DNA from: Antedon mediterranea
Taxonomy: Eukaryota > Animalia > Echinodermata
NCBI RefSeq assembly: GCF_964355755.1
Contig: NC_092674.1
Location: forward strand, 2,542,001-2,606,000
Length of the DNA stretch: 64,000 bases
Direction of reading: 5' to 3'
Part shown: piece after piece, positions 13,801-27,900 of the stretch
Layout: every line of letters begins with the position of its first letter
How positions within the stretch are numbered: the first letter of the stretch is position 1
Program-made: the position numbers and the translations under genes
Notes under the pieces: generated by a model
Databases searched by the model: none
Told to the model about the DNA's origin: nothing
Seen by the model: the letters and a program-made list of their open reading frames with translations, nothing else

Positions 13801-15296
13801 ACTCAACGAGCGTGCTTTGCAAAATGCTAATCGTATTCACAACAAAAATGTATATACAGTATATATATGTTTCTAATTTTACAATTTGAGCATACAGTAC
13901 ACATACAGTACACATACAGTACACATACAGTACACATACAGCATGATATTTTGTACATTACTGTAGTTAAATTATCAATAGTTATCAATAGTTAAATGCG
14001 AGTTGGCTGTTAGTAAAGACTAAAAAAAAAACTCATTCAGACTATTAAGTACCAGAATTTCTTGAAGATTTTACATATTATGCCAAATCAAGGGGTCGAA
14101 TTGGAAGATTCAACTGTATTTCCTACTCGCTTGTACCCACAATATTAAACTATGCTAATATATTTTGTTTAGCAATTAATGGAATCCAAATCACAACTAA
14201 AGAAAATTGAAGAAGATAAGAAGAAAGAACCAGAGGTAAGCACAGACTTGCGTTTACAGATTTACAAAGTTTGCAAGAGAAGTACACGGTTGTCTTATAG
14301 TGTTTAATACAACAGCAACCAATTTGTTAATTATTTATTATGGACTTAAGCGCTGTCTACACTATCAAACTTTATTTGAAAAAAAATATGATGTGCCCAA
14401 ATATGGACAAGATGATGTTATATCATGTGGGCATATTACTACTATATTTGGGCACATCACAATATTTTTGTCAAACTAGTTAGATAGTGTAGACAGACAA
14501 CAGTTTAAATAATTTACCATAGAAACCATCTGAATTGACCAATTGGATCAAGACAACGACAACATCTGTTGAAACAGAGTCTGACAGCAAGGAACAGTCA
14601 AGTACAAAGGAAGGAAGCAGTGATGTCACAGAGGCAGTGTTGACAGAGAAACATGGCATGCTTGTTGGTAAGTATCAAGAGAGTTCAGTTGAACCTGTTA
14701 GGAGGACCCATTTGGTACAAAAATGTCACCTAGAGTTAATTATACTAGTGGTGGTGTTGTTTGTGTCACTTGCTGAATATTTGTGACCTCTGAATATTTG
14801 TGACCGAATATCTATAAAATGCTGACCAGTAAAAACTCTCCTTTTAAGGAACACTTTCAGAAACTAGCACAAATTAAAATGTATTTTAGCCAACCTCTAT
14901 TCAGGGGACACTTTTTATTAAAATAGTTAAAGTTCAAATACATAAGTAATTGAAATTTGTATTTTTAATGTTTATTTGTTGTTCAATTATTTGTTATTCA
15001 TATTGTTTTACGTATTCAATTTAATTATAAAACTTGATTAAACCATTTAAATTAAAAAACAATTTTCTTCAGGCTTATTGGCAACATTTCTTCATGTACA
15101 TCCGTTTGGAGCATCGATTGAGTACCTCTGGTCATACCTTCAAAGACTCGACCCAAAGGTCACTCCAAAGGAAATAGAGTCGATACTAGTAAAGTTACCT
15201 ACTGTGTTTAAACAAGAGCTATTTGGAGTTGGAGCAACGCTAGAGAAGAGGTGGCAGTTTATTGGATTCAAAACTTGTCTAAATGAGAAGGAATAA
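7893..15296 (+). CDS. ENOX: Ecto-NOX disulfide-thiol exchanger (ENOX1/2 family): RRM plus coiled coil, ~13 coding exons
   Basis: Exons about 7893-7956, 8163-8285, 8414-8833, 9055-9261, 9552-9788, 10066-10177, 10872-10973, 11862-11968, 12841-13069, 13466-13623, 14173-14235, 14523-14667, 15073-15296. Family motifs: REKPFGCRTVFVGGLPE, KGKKNFCHVRF, HVDYAQARDD, AWDHFTKPQRKNIDVW, FLHVHPFGASIEYLWSYL, GVGATLEKRW. Confidence 0.93.
13890..13941. repeat. 11-bp tandem repeat (CATACAGTACA)n
   Basis: About 4.5 copies visible in an ENOX intron. Confidence 0.85.
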
Positions 15297-17429
15297 CACA
15301 AATACATTTGTATTTGTGAGCTAGACTAATTGTTTTAACACGGACATTGTTTAAAAAACCACCTAAATGTTTAGTTTTGCCGGGTGACATACCAGAGAGA
15401 CCTACAGTACAGTATATACTGAATAATTTTACATGAAAATGTATCCATATTTAGTGGTACACATACAGAAAGCTATTCTCGATAACAACCATGTGGAAGA
15501 TGAACTAATGATCTATGTAGGACGTAAAATTATTGACTTTCTGATATAATATACATTTGCAGAATTCAGTAATTTATTTTTTTTCGAACTTGGAAGGATT
15601 AATTGTTTCGTTATTCACTGAGGATTGTAAAATGTTATTTTCAAAAAACAATATATTTAACATTGAAAAAAATTTTTAAACCAAAAAGTTCATTGTTTTT
15701 TTTTTACAGTTGCAATATGGTACAGCATAAGTTTAATTATTAATGTATGTTTATTTTAAAAGTTTTAAAAGAATTGTATTTGTTTAAAGTGGAGGAACAA
15801 GACGATTATATAGAAGATGGTACCAGCTGCAGCTTGGTACCAACTGAAGGGTTGTCTCAAAGCTGGGGTTTACTTCCCCCCCCCCCCCTATTAGGTAGTG
15901 TTGCTGAATTTTACACAAACATTGCATTCAATTGTACTAGAAGGTTAAATGTAGTTGTTTTGCTATTATATTCAGTACTATTATTTTTAATTTTTAGAAT
16001 AAAAAATTCTTGTTCAGTATACTTTGTTCCTGAAAAAAACATAATTATGTCATACAGCTCAAATGCCTGCAAAATTCCTTAAAATAGTATTTTTTTCCAG
16101 TTTGTCTGTAGATAAATAATACAATAAAATGTAGTTCATATGCACAGCTATTGTGCAACCATGACATTCTATAGATCGTTGAAGTGGGCCTTCTGGTTTG
16201 TGAGCTATAGAGCTTCCTTGACATTGAAGTCCCAGAAGTTTTTTGTCGAACAAATAAATGAAATGAAACCCTAGATATACATGCAGCCTTTCTCTTTGTC
16301 ATAAAAAAAGTCTGTAAAATTGTATTTTTTTAAATTAAATTTATTTATTTTATTATTTATGTGCTGGGGTTTTACAGCTATGCCTAACGTTTGGTTCCCA
16401 CTAAGAGTAAACAGACCTAAAGGTCAGTCTACACACTCAACTTTATGTGACAAAAAAATGTGATGTGCCCATATATGGACATGATGATGTCATATAACTA
16501 CTATATTTGAGCATATCACTACCATATTTTGGCACATTACTTTCTTGTCAAACTGTAATAAAAATGTGCCCAATATAGTAGTAGTGTGCCCAAATCGCCG
16601 TGATTGGTCCTTGCATTGTGGTCAAGTGGGAACCAAGATAAACTGACCAAAATAAATTGAATGAGACATTACAAAATGATATCAAAATGATTTTTATTGC
16701 TGCTTATGCTATGTTAATAATGGTCAATTATTTAGTATGTATCATTTCTGAAGCCCAGTCAACACTACTATCAAACAAAAAAAGTTTGGTGTACCCAAAT
16801 ATGGTAGTGATATGATCATGTCCATATGGGTACATCACATTTTTTTGGATAGTGTAGACTTAGCTTTATTTAACAAGCATGAAATCTGATATTCCAAATA
16901 CTTAGAACTTTACTGTTTTTAAACAACCATATTTAATATCATATTAAAGTTAAAATTGAATTTAGTATCACACCATTGATAATACTGTACAGTGCTTCTT
17001 TTAATGTAAATATACTGCCATATTGTTTTATTTTTACTAAGGCAACAATCAACTACATTTAAATTGTGAACAAAAATCATTTTCAATATTGCAAAATTTA
17101 GCACACTGTTATCACCATTTATAGGTATTAAGTTTCCTTTGCAATCTTACTTTCTCAGTAGGATTGAGCTCATTTGCATATTCAGGTGTATACAATCTGT
17201 CCATTATTAACCACAATCCAGACTACACTGTGAAATTTCTACCAGCCAGACTTTTTAAGTTTAATCAATATGAGATTTATAAGCAGTTTTTGCTACACTC
17301 AACATATGAATGAAAGGACTTTTTAAGTACTAAGGGATTTATAACTGTGACTTAGTATTACTATATGTGATTTATGCCAACAGTGTTGTTTGCTAGGCCC
17401 AACCCATTTTCAGCCTCAGTGTGTACCAA

Positions 17430-17555
17430 TATGGGATTTATACAACAGTGTTTGCTAGGCTCAATCAAGTGCAATACTATGGGATTTATAACAGTGTATG
17501 CTAGGCTCAACCAAGTGCAATACTATGGGATTTATAACAGTGTATGCTAGGCTCA
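17430..17555. repeat. ~46-bp tandem repeat, about 3 copies
   Basis: TATGGGATTTATAACAGTGTATGCTAGGCTCAACCAAGTGCAATAC repeated with variants. Confidence 0.75.
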
Positions 17556-17763
17556 TCTTTCTTATAGGTAAGACATTCACTTTGCTATTATTTTAAACAA
17601 TACTTAGTTGACATCTATATAAACTATTTGTCTTACTGTATTAGTATTCTGATTCATATGTCTCAGTATTTGATTTAGCTAATGTTTCAGTCTGTTACAA
17701 GACAATGTTGGAAATCAAAAAGTAATTGGGGAGAAGTCTCTAGAAAGAGAATGTTTTCCTTTA

Positions 17764-17871
17764 AGCGTGGTTCCCACTAGAGACACAATGGCGTAACGCA
17801 ACGTAAGGGATTTGAACAATCATTTGTCATTGGTCAACATGTTTGCGTTTCGTCCTAGTGGGAACCAAGCT
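17764..17871. mobile_element. Harbinger-like MITE family B (short copy)
   Basis: TIR AGCGTGGTTCCCACTAG / CTAGTGGGAACCAAGCT. Confidence 0.7.
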
Positions 17872-18579
17872 GTAGGGCACTGAGAAGTGATGTTTATGTA
17901 CGCAACTGTTTTTGCATTGTGTCCGCCTATCTCAGAATTAAGCATAAGTAATTTTAATTCATTACTGTAAAAGCATGTGTACGTCATATTTTGGGAATAT
18001 AGGTTTTTAGATTTATTAAGGTGATGATTTATTGTAGCAAACGCCACCAGAAACACCCTGTAAACTATATAGATAACTCCATGCTTTTGAAATAGCTATA
18101 TTATAGCCAGACTAGCAAACTACAATACTGAGTTAATTTTTATAAATCTTTACTGTTTTAGTTTTAATCTCCTGACGTCATTTTGGCAATAATCATTTTT
18201 TATCTTGTTTTAATCATATAAAAATGTTAAAAATTTTAAACAACAGACTTTGTTTGGTAACATTTTGGATACATTAGGATAAATGTACAGAAAATGTGGT
18301 CACTTTAAACGGACATAAAAACATTAACAAATCAAAATTGATACCAAAAATATGGGGCTGCAAATTCATAATATCCCCAAAAAATACAGACAAGGTATTT
18401 AGTTTGCCACAATTTAAAAACAATACACAGTACACTAAAATGCATTAAAATTGGTCTTTGTATAGTATAAATATGAATTTACAGTACATCATTGAGTATT
18501 TATAGTTTAAAATCTACAGTAAATTATTGTAGTATTTTTTAATGAGGAAGGTTTGGTTTGTCTGTTTTAGCAGGTGTAA

Positions 18580-18735
18580 AGCTCTACCTACACTATCAAA
18601 CTAGTTTGACAAAACAAGTGTGATGTGCCCAAATATGGTAGTGGTACTGTATGACCAAATATGGTAATGATATGACATCGTGTCCATACATGGACATTTT
18701 TGTGTCACAATAAGTTGGATAGTGTAGACAGAGCT
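18580..18735. mobile_element. Harbinger-like MITE family A
   Basis: TIR AGCTCT(GT)CTACACTATCAAACT / AGTT(T)GATAGTGTAGACAGAGCT with TAA on both sides. Confidence 0.8.
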
Positions 18736-18924
18736 TAAGGGATAACAACCATGTTTACAAATGGTTGATTAAAAAGGAACTTAATTAGCCGCAGCTTAAA
18801 TACAGATTTTGTCAACTTTTTGTCTATACTAGCATGACCTAAATCAAAGCAAGGTATACTATTATAGCTAAGGAATTTTTATCTTGATGAAATGTTAAGT
18901 CTGCAAGTCTTCTTCTCTCCCCCA

Positions 18925-21900
18925 TCAAGGACTGTGGGGCGAACGGTCAGCTGAAAAAAAAAAAACAATGTTGAGTCATAGTTGTTTATTTACATGTGGC
19001 ACTTTAATAAGTAATTAAGATCTAACTAGGACTACTTTAATGAAGCTCTGTCTACTATTATATCAAACTACTGTTGTTTTACAAAAAAAATGTGATGTGC
19101 CCAAATATGGCAGTGATACTGTATGCATAAATATGGTAGTGATATGACATCATCATGTCCGTATATGGGCACATCACATTCTTTTGTCACATAAAGTTTG
19201 ATGGTGTAGACAGATGCTTAAATCACCTAGCAAAACACCTGCATTCTGTATGGTGAAATGGGTATAAACTATAGCGGAGAATCATATGGTTTGTTAAGAA
19301 AAACCTACCTGATGTTGAACGCCCAGAAGCTTGACTACGGAGTGCCTGTAACGCAGAGGCTACAATAGAATTTGCTAGGTTTGTTGCCATGGCAAGTAAA
19401 TTTCTCTCCTGTGCAGCTGTATCTAGGCTCACTGCTCCAGGCTGTTGTCTGTCCACAGTAGACTCTGAATCATTATTTTTTTCAATGTCTCCAAACTGCT
19501 GTCGAAAAGCACTTGCTAAAATGTTATTAGCCAGATCGTAAGCAAACTCTTGAATGTGATTTGGTATTTCCTCTTTAAATCTGGTACTTTCCAGTTCATC
19601 CGCAAAGTCTGACAACTGTGATCCTCTTCTTGCCAGCTCTCTCTCCTGCTCAATGGATGCACGCCGAAGCTCCTCTCTAAAAATTGCTATATTTTCCTCT
19701 GTACAACTTGGTCTTTTTCCAGTGATATCAATATTACCAATTTTGAGTAAATCTTCTGTAAAAGTGCTTGCTGAACTTGGTTTCTTTTCCCGCCGACATA
19801 CCTTATGGATGCCGTCACTAACCGCAGCTGAAGCTAATTTACTGGCTAGACTATCAATACTTGTTATCTTAGGCCCAGCTCCTTCTGTTTCTTTATAGAT
19901 GCCGTCACTAACCGCAGCTGAAGCTAATTTACTGGCTAGACTATCAATACTTGTTATTTTAGGCCCAGCTCCTTCCGTTTCTTTATGGATACCATCACTA
20001 ACCGCAGCTGAAGCTAATTTACTAGCTAGGCTATCAATACTTGTTATTTTAGGCTTTGTTTCTTCGTCCGTTTCTTCAATTGCAAAACGTTTCCTAAGTT
20101 CTTCTTCTAGGGCATGTTGGTTGTTTTCAAAATTATTTTTCGTCAGGTAATCCGGTGTCGGGGGTGGGGTACCAGGAGTCGGCCCGCTGTTTTCTCCGGA
20201 CAGGCGGTTCTCACTAGTGTCAGACATGAATGCTTGGGTGTTTCTATCAAACTTTGTCTTGATATATTTCACATTTCTACCTATAGTTTCCTGTGTACTT
20301 ATTAAATTTCCTTCACTGACTTTGTCATGCACAATATTTGTAGTTGGCTCAGGAAGTTCCAATTTGTGGTTTTGTCTAAATAATTCCAAACCATTGCCAA
20401 TAACCTTTGACTGATCACAACAGATGGTGGAACTTGTTGCTAGGCAACCTAAGTCTCCTAAGTTCCGTCTGCTACCATTTGAACTTTTCAACTCGTTTAA
20501 TTTCTGAAGAGCGGCCTCAATAACCATTTGGGAAAATGCATTTACGTCAAAATGACTATTATGAACATCGTTTTTGTCCCGTGTCCCGCATTTCATATTA
20601 CCTAATTCAACGAAACTGTCTGTTAATATTTTGTCAACACATTCTTCGGCTGAGAAACTCTTTTTGGTGACGATTACAGGGCTGCTACTTGCGTCGCTCA
20701 ATGAATCAATTTTAATAATTTCATAAGAATCACTTTCTTTCATTGAAGACATGGAAGAAATGATGCTATACTCTTCTTCATTTACTGACCCGAAGCTGTC
20801 TAAATCTAACCGGTCATTGATGATGTCCTGAGCATCTTGTAACGCCAATTCAACGACATGTCCTGCAAGGTCATCGACGGCTTCAACAAAGGACGCCCTC
20901 TCTTTTTCATTAAAAATTTGTTGTCTACAAGTTTCTTCTGTATTTATTTTGGATTTTTTCTTCAGCATGACTTCGTTAATAAGTTTTTCAACGAGATTGC
21001 TCGCTAGTTTCTCTATTTTTTTGTAACTGATTTTCTTTTTCACGCCACCACCACAGCACTGAAAACCATTTGCTGTTGCAGTCGTAACCCTTTCTGCAGA
21101 ATTCAATTTGCCATTGCTTGACGAGAATATCAAAGATATGCTTTGTTCTACTACATTGTCTGCCAACTGTTCAACAGAGTTGACTTGAGATGATGTGTCG
21201 TCCGAGCTGAGTTCAGGAGTAATACTTTCGGGGGTGGGGCGTAGAGCGATGGGCCTCATGGCTACGTTCACAGGTTGTTTGGCTTCAAATTGCTGTATTC
21301 CAGGAACTAACAGAGAAGCAGTGTTCAATCCATGTGATACAACGGAACACGCAAGAGTGGCAGCGAATTCTTCCACATGTTGTGAATCATCTTCATTGAT
21401 TGCCGAAATCTTCTTGCCGAAATATTCATCCATTTCAGATCCAAATTCCGACAGACTTGTACTGTGATGAGATGAGAGTTCGTTGGAGCTACGTCGACGC
21501 AGCAAGTTGACGTGTAAACGGTCCGTATCCTGCGAGTAATACTGCGCAAGATTGTGCGCTAATTGCCCCGCCTCTGTGAAGCCAGCTTGCTCCCGTGCAT
21601 TTGATTGGTTTGATGAGTTGCTGGAATTTTGAGATGAACGACTATCGTCAGAACTACGGCGCAGCTTATTGGTTCGTACAGCGTCGTATATTGCGCAATT
21701 TGTTATAGCTTTACTCAGTGAATTACTGTACCCCGACACAAGTTCATATGGTGACAGGAAATCTGCAAAAATTATTGAAAATTGGGTTGACTTTTAAAAT
21801 CTAAAAATCTTAAATTTAAAAGTATATTTATTATTAATTTTAACTCACTGTCATTTGTTTCTGGTGCAGTTTCATAATCACTCTCTACCGAAACATCTGA

Positions 21901-24900
21901 TTGGTCATTGGCATCATGATAATCACTATCCTGTTCTTCTTGTCCAATTGATGAAGGCTATAGAAAACAATATGTTTAGAACATGACCCATATCAATTAC
22001 TGTATATATTAGTTCTAACCTAACTACATATATTTTAGAATTCAAATGACATGTACATTTAACATTTTAATTAATAACAAGTTAGTATTATTATCATAAA
22101 ACATGTTTTCTAATGATTTTAATGTTTACATTACACTGATATTTATGATACTGTACATTTAAAATCATGAAGAAACAAACTTATATGGACTTTAAATCGG
22201 CCTACTTTAAACTTTAATAAACCTTACTTCAATCCACAAGAAAGAATTTTAGCACTATTAAAATTGAACCCACAAACTACAAGTACTTACTTGACCAATC
22301 TTCATTGCACACACTAATACTTACTAATATATTTTACTAAACCTCCAATAATGATGTAAGTCCATTAGAAGGAGCAATAAGCATTTTCCTAACTTTTTAA
22401 CCAAAACAATCAACTTAATACCAACCTACAGTATATAAATCAGTTTTAAAATGAGCAGTGGGCTGTACACACGACTGGTTTAACTACTGATTATTTTTGA
22501 TAGTCTAGTAGTCTTTATTGTAGTTTATTTTTAGCACATTGAAATAGGTTTATTTTATTATAGATGGGCTTGATATCCTTTCAACTCTCTTAATATCAAT
22601 TTACTATGTAAACTCACTGCAATATTGTGTTCTATTTATATGACTACTGTAAACAATATGTGGCCATGGCCTGATAGGTTGTAAAAGTTTATTGATGCAT
22701 GACTATTATTAGTTTGACAAGAACGAGAGCTATAAATAGAAACACTTGACAGATTTAGAGCAGGATGAAAAAAAATATTACAAATATTCCTACATTTATG
22801 TAGACAATAGACAGTATGTGTGCTGAACAGCCTGCTGATACAGCAGTGTATCACGACAAATTCTATGATACAGTGTACACGTGTATCACATGTGATGCCT
22901 TATTACACAAACAAGCTGATTCTTGGTACTGTATCTATAATTTGTCTTGTATCATGACAAATTCTATGATACAGCGTCACACATGTATCACATGTGATGC
23001 CTCATTAGCCTAAGCTAACCCTAACATAATACTGGACATACTATGCCATTAGTGGTAAATAATACAGTACAGTGAATCGGAACTGGATGATCATCTAAAG
23101 CTCTGTCTACACTATCAAACTGTGACATGCCCAAACATGGTACTGATATGACATCATCATGTCCATATATGGGCACATCACATTTTTTTGTCACATGAAG
23201 TTTGATAGTGTAGACAGAGCTTTAGTTTAGTAGTGCATAAGCATCAGCTGTCAAATGAGACGTTACGCTGTTGACCTCAAGAAAAAAATGCATAGACAAA
23301 ATTCATATGTTACCTTAATTGTTAATCAATCAATCAAATTGTGGTTGGCTATCTGCCACACCCTAAATAAATCCAATCCTCCAGAGTTAAATAGATATTT
23401 TTAATATTCATTTGCAATGCTGTGTACACACATAGCTGTCTCTCTCACACATAGCTGTCTCTTTTTGTCTCCTATCAGCTTTTTGTTGTTTCTTATCCTC
23501 ATTCTCCACTGACTCATTAATCAGTGGATATAATCAATATCTCTATAGCAACTTACTTTCAGACCTGCAATGTCTGATAGTAAAATATATTTTATGAATT
23601 GTAAAATATATTTTATGATAGAAAACGGCGTAAATAAATGTTTTACATCGATCTTTTAAATTATATTTTGAAATTCTAATTTAAAATGCATTATTTAGCT
23701 TATTTTATGTATTAATAAAAAAAATCCTGAAAACGGTACATAAATTAAATTTGATACACTATTCTAGATGAAGTTTCCCACTACTGTACTGTTACATGAC
23801 ATCATTAGATTTAAAAAAAAAATAAAACTGTATGCAATATACTACTTTAGAAAGCTGGGAAAATACTTTATGTTTTGAACTCTTTATATACCATTAGGGT
23901 ATGCCATGGAGGAAAATCTTGGGTATCCTTACTCCTAAAACGTGGTTCCCACTAACAACGCAAGGACATAACGCAACGCAAGTGAATTGACCAATCACAA
24001 GCGATGGCTTATTCGCTTGTGATTGCTAACTGTCTATAACTTCGCTTGTCATTAGTTAAAACGCTTGCGTTGCGTTTACGTCCTTGCGTTACGTTCTAGT
24101 GGGAACCACGCTTGAGGACGATCAAAGAATTTATTGATTGAAACATCGAGTAACGCAACAGTTCTTTCCAGATTTTTATATACGTGGTGTACCGCAAAAT
24201 AACCACAAGGGTTACTAATCAATATTGTAATAAGTAACACATTACATTTGTTGGTCTTGATGATTTGACAAAAAAAGTGTGAAAGTGCCCAAATATGGTA
24301 GTGATATACCCAAATATAGTAGTGATATGACATCATCATGTCCATATATGGGCACATCACATTTTTTTTTCAAATAAAGTTTGATAGTGTAGACAAAGCT
24401 TAAGGCGATGTATTGTTGCCATTATGAGATTGGATATTCATTTTACATTTGAGGAATTTCTCCTCTCTATGAATGAATTTTTTAAAAATTGACTGCATTC
24501 TTTATAACTTACTTCTTCAATAATGGTTAGATTCAATGCGTGACCTTTGACCACTACTCCGTCACGTATCCCAGAAATTTCAATGACGTCATTGGCTCCA
24601 ATTGGTGGCAACAGCAGAGACGCAGGTAGCAGGAGGGGGCATAAACACATGCCTTTGTTGGTGTGTTCTGTTGTTTTAAGCTTCAGAAAAGAAAATGAGA
24701 AACGTTACTTGGAGTATTGTTTGGTAAACTGACTTAATAATAATAATAGTTCACTCTTATATAGCACATATAAGCAAGCTCTCGATGCGCTGCACACTAT
24801 TACCCCGGTCATTTTTTTGATCAAACACGCATGGAAACCTACTCCCATAATAATGCAGCTAGTAATCAGCGCAAAGTTGTGTCTTGATCTGGTACCGGTA

Positions 24901-27900
24901 CCCATTTATACACCTGGGTGGAGAGAGGCAATGTAAGTAAAGTGTCTTGCCTAAGGATACAAGCAATGCAGCGAGAGTTAGATTCGAACAGCGATCTCAC
25001 GATCAGTAATCCAACGTCCAACACACTGCGCCACACACCCTCAAAACTTAAACAAGATCCCCTACTGGGACCAACATTTCATTCTCAATCTTTGTACCTT
25101 TAAAACATGCTGGTTAGGATCCTTGTCACGCTTCATTGCATCCACCTTTAGTTTGAAGACAACCTTTCCTAAACATGTTGAATGGCCTGTACCTATATCC
25201 TCAAAGAACTTAAAAACACAACGCAGTTTCTCGTACATAACATCTCTTGATCGTTCAAAGCTGAAAATGAGACATTTTGATGAATGATATGGTAATATGC
25301 TTATAATAAACATAAATTCATATTCATATACAAATTAAAACACTTGTACTTACACTTTTCATCAGTATCTTAAATGTATGATTCTATGTGAGCCTAATTT
25401 GTTTATATTTTATATTCAACATATTGTATAGGAATTATATTATATATATTGGTAGTGGTATGCCCAACTATGGTAGTGATATGACATCATCATCATCATG
25501 TCCATATATGAGTACATCACATTGTTTTGTCACATAAAGTTTGATAGTGTAGACCATGCTTTAGGAACCTTGTCAACATTATGCTTCTGCAGGTACTGCA
25601 GTAACTACAGATTTTGTGCATTACTGCATTTCCTTAAAGACCCCTTCCCTGCAATTTTGGACGTTTTTTGGAAAATAATACATATATATCACTTTAAAAA
25701 CATTAAACCATGACATTCCTTGTCTTAAATGTACGTTTTATGGTAAATTATGATAAAAAGTGAGAAACAATGCACTACCTAAGTAGCTCGCGGCGATCGA
25801 CCTCTCGTGGACGGTCTTAGGCCTAGCCTAGCTAGGCTTAGTTTTGTAGGCCTAGCTGGTAAACATCGATAATGTACGAACATCGTACGCTAGCTATATA
25901 CCTAGCCTGACGTTGTATAGTTGCTGCATTAATTGTCTTTCTATTTTTGCCAGACTCCGTTGATACAAATTGGGGAAAACCCGGTATTTTCGCTGAAAAG
26001 TTAGGAGTCTTCCATTTGTTTTGGCTTCACGATCGATCGAAAAGTGGGCGAATTACAGGTGAAAAACAAAAATATCAATCCGCACGCAATGCATTTTGGG
26101 ATTTATAGCGGGCCGCTATAATTATTAGAATCGATTTATTTTTCACATTTTTAACCGTTTAAAGACGAAAAAAAGTTATCGCAATAGGACCATATAGTAT
26201 TATTTTTACATTAAATATAGTTTGTGATCTTAAATTAGATCTAAAAAACGTAGGGAATGGGGCTTTAAAATGAATTTTAGTTTATTTTAAAGTAGAAATT
26301 TATGAGGCATTCACTGCAATAAACAATGTGTATGAATAATTGTACTCTTTGCTGCAGTAACTGCAGTAGAATAATTTTGATATCGCCACTTACCTTGAAA
26401 GAAACGAGACAAGTGGATGAACTGTTACTTGTTTTGGTAGTGGTATGGTACACAGAACACAATTGGCCATCAAGCTCACAAGGAACTCACTACTAACAGT
26501 ACTTGTAAGTGCTGAACTACCGGTTTCTAAATAAGTATAAAAAAATCGAAATATTAGGGGTTTTATCTTAAAGCTCTGACACTATCAAACTTTGTGACAA
26601 CAAAATGTGATGTGCCCAAATACGGTAGTGATATGACATCATCATGTCCATATATGGGCACATCACATTTTTTTTGTCACAAAGTTTGATAGTGTGGACA
26701 GAGCTTAAGAATGTACATAAGATACTTATATATATTTATAATATTATTAAGTATATCACTGTAAAAAAATTGGAAAAATTTGTGAGTGTACTGCTACTCA
26801 GATCACATGGATTTACCAAAGTATTATGTATGAATTCAGTCTAAATTAGGGGATGGGATTATACTTAAGCATGGGATTATACTTAATCATGGGATTATAC
26901 TTAAGCATGGGATTATACTTAAGCATGGGATTATACTTAAGCATGGGATTATACTTAAGCATGGGATTATACTTAAGCATGGGATTATACTTAATCATGG
27001 GATTATACTTAATCATGGGATTATACTTAAGCATGGGATTATACTTAAGCATGGGATTATACTTAATCATGGGATTATACTTAAGCATGGGATTATACTT
27101 AAGCATGGGATTATACTTAATCATGGGATTATACTTAAGCATGGGATTATACTTAAGCATGGGATTATACTTAAGCATGGGATTATACTTAATCATGGGA
27201 TTATATTCAGTCTTGCGCTGTATTATGGTTGTTTCATACGCACACTCCAAAATTTACGATACAATATTTAATAGCACTAGTATGTAATTGTTTATATAAC
27301 TTCTGGTTGAGAAGACTGTTAATTTAATTAAAGTTATAAATCAAATTTGTGTGAATGGTTCAACGGATAATTTACATAAACAAGCATAGATTGAGTTGTG
27401 TGGGATCATGCACTCTGGTTTTGTGAAAATTAGATATGTCGTACAATAAAGCCCTGAGAAATGAGATGATATGGTTCTTCTTGTCAAGACGTCCATGTGC
27501 AAAATTCGCCCCTGCATAAAAAAGTCTTCATCTTTTTTTAAAAAAAGTAAACCATTACTTATAGTGAAAAAATAGAAATATTGTTATTTTAGGCTCAACA
27601 GATACAGTACTGTAGGTCTAGGCCTACCTAGGCTGCCACGTACTCTTGACCCTGAGTACTGTGTGACATGTTTGTTGAGTATGTATCTTCCCTCAAAATA
27701 TTGTTCATGGACAAGAACCAAATACTGCATTTCCCATGGCCTAAATGTACAAGAGTAGGGTACTACCCAGCAGTTAATCTATTCTATTGAGCATGGGGAG
27801 ACAAAGTGAGGTACAATATCAAGATGAAGTAACTTTTGTTTACCATTTATTTCCCTGTATGTCTGCCAACTCTCCTTCAGTTTAAATTTGTTTACTGACT

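Noticed and set aside
21935-21957. GQEE as the PARG catalytic QEE
   Set aside because: It lies at the start of an acidic low-complexity exon with no preceding GGG loop or following IRF...PE helix; probably coincidental.
26846-27287. ORFs (KYNPML)n and (MGLYLS)n
   Set aside because: Translations of an intronic 18-bp minisatellite that is open on both strands.
27373-27511. Possible extra exon of the PARG-like gene (GANFAHGRLD...)
   Set aside because: It has a good acceptor but runs into a stop or changes phase, and the neighbouring exons join in frame without it.
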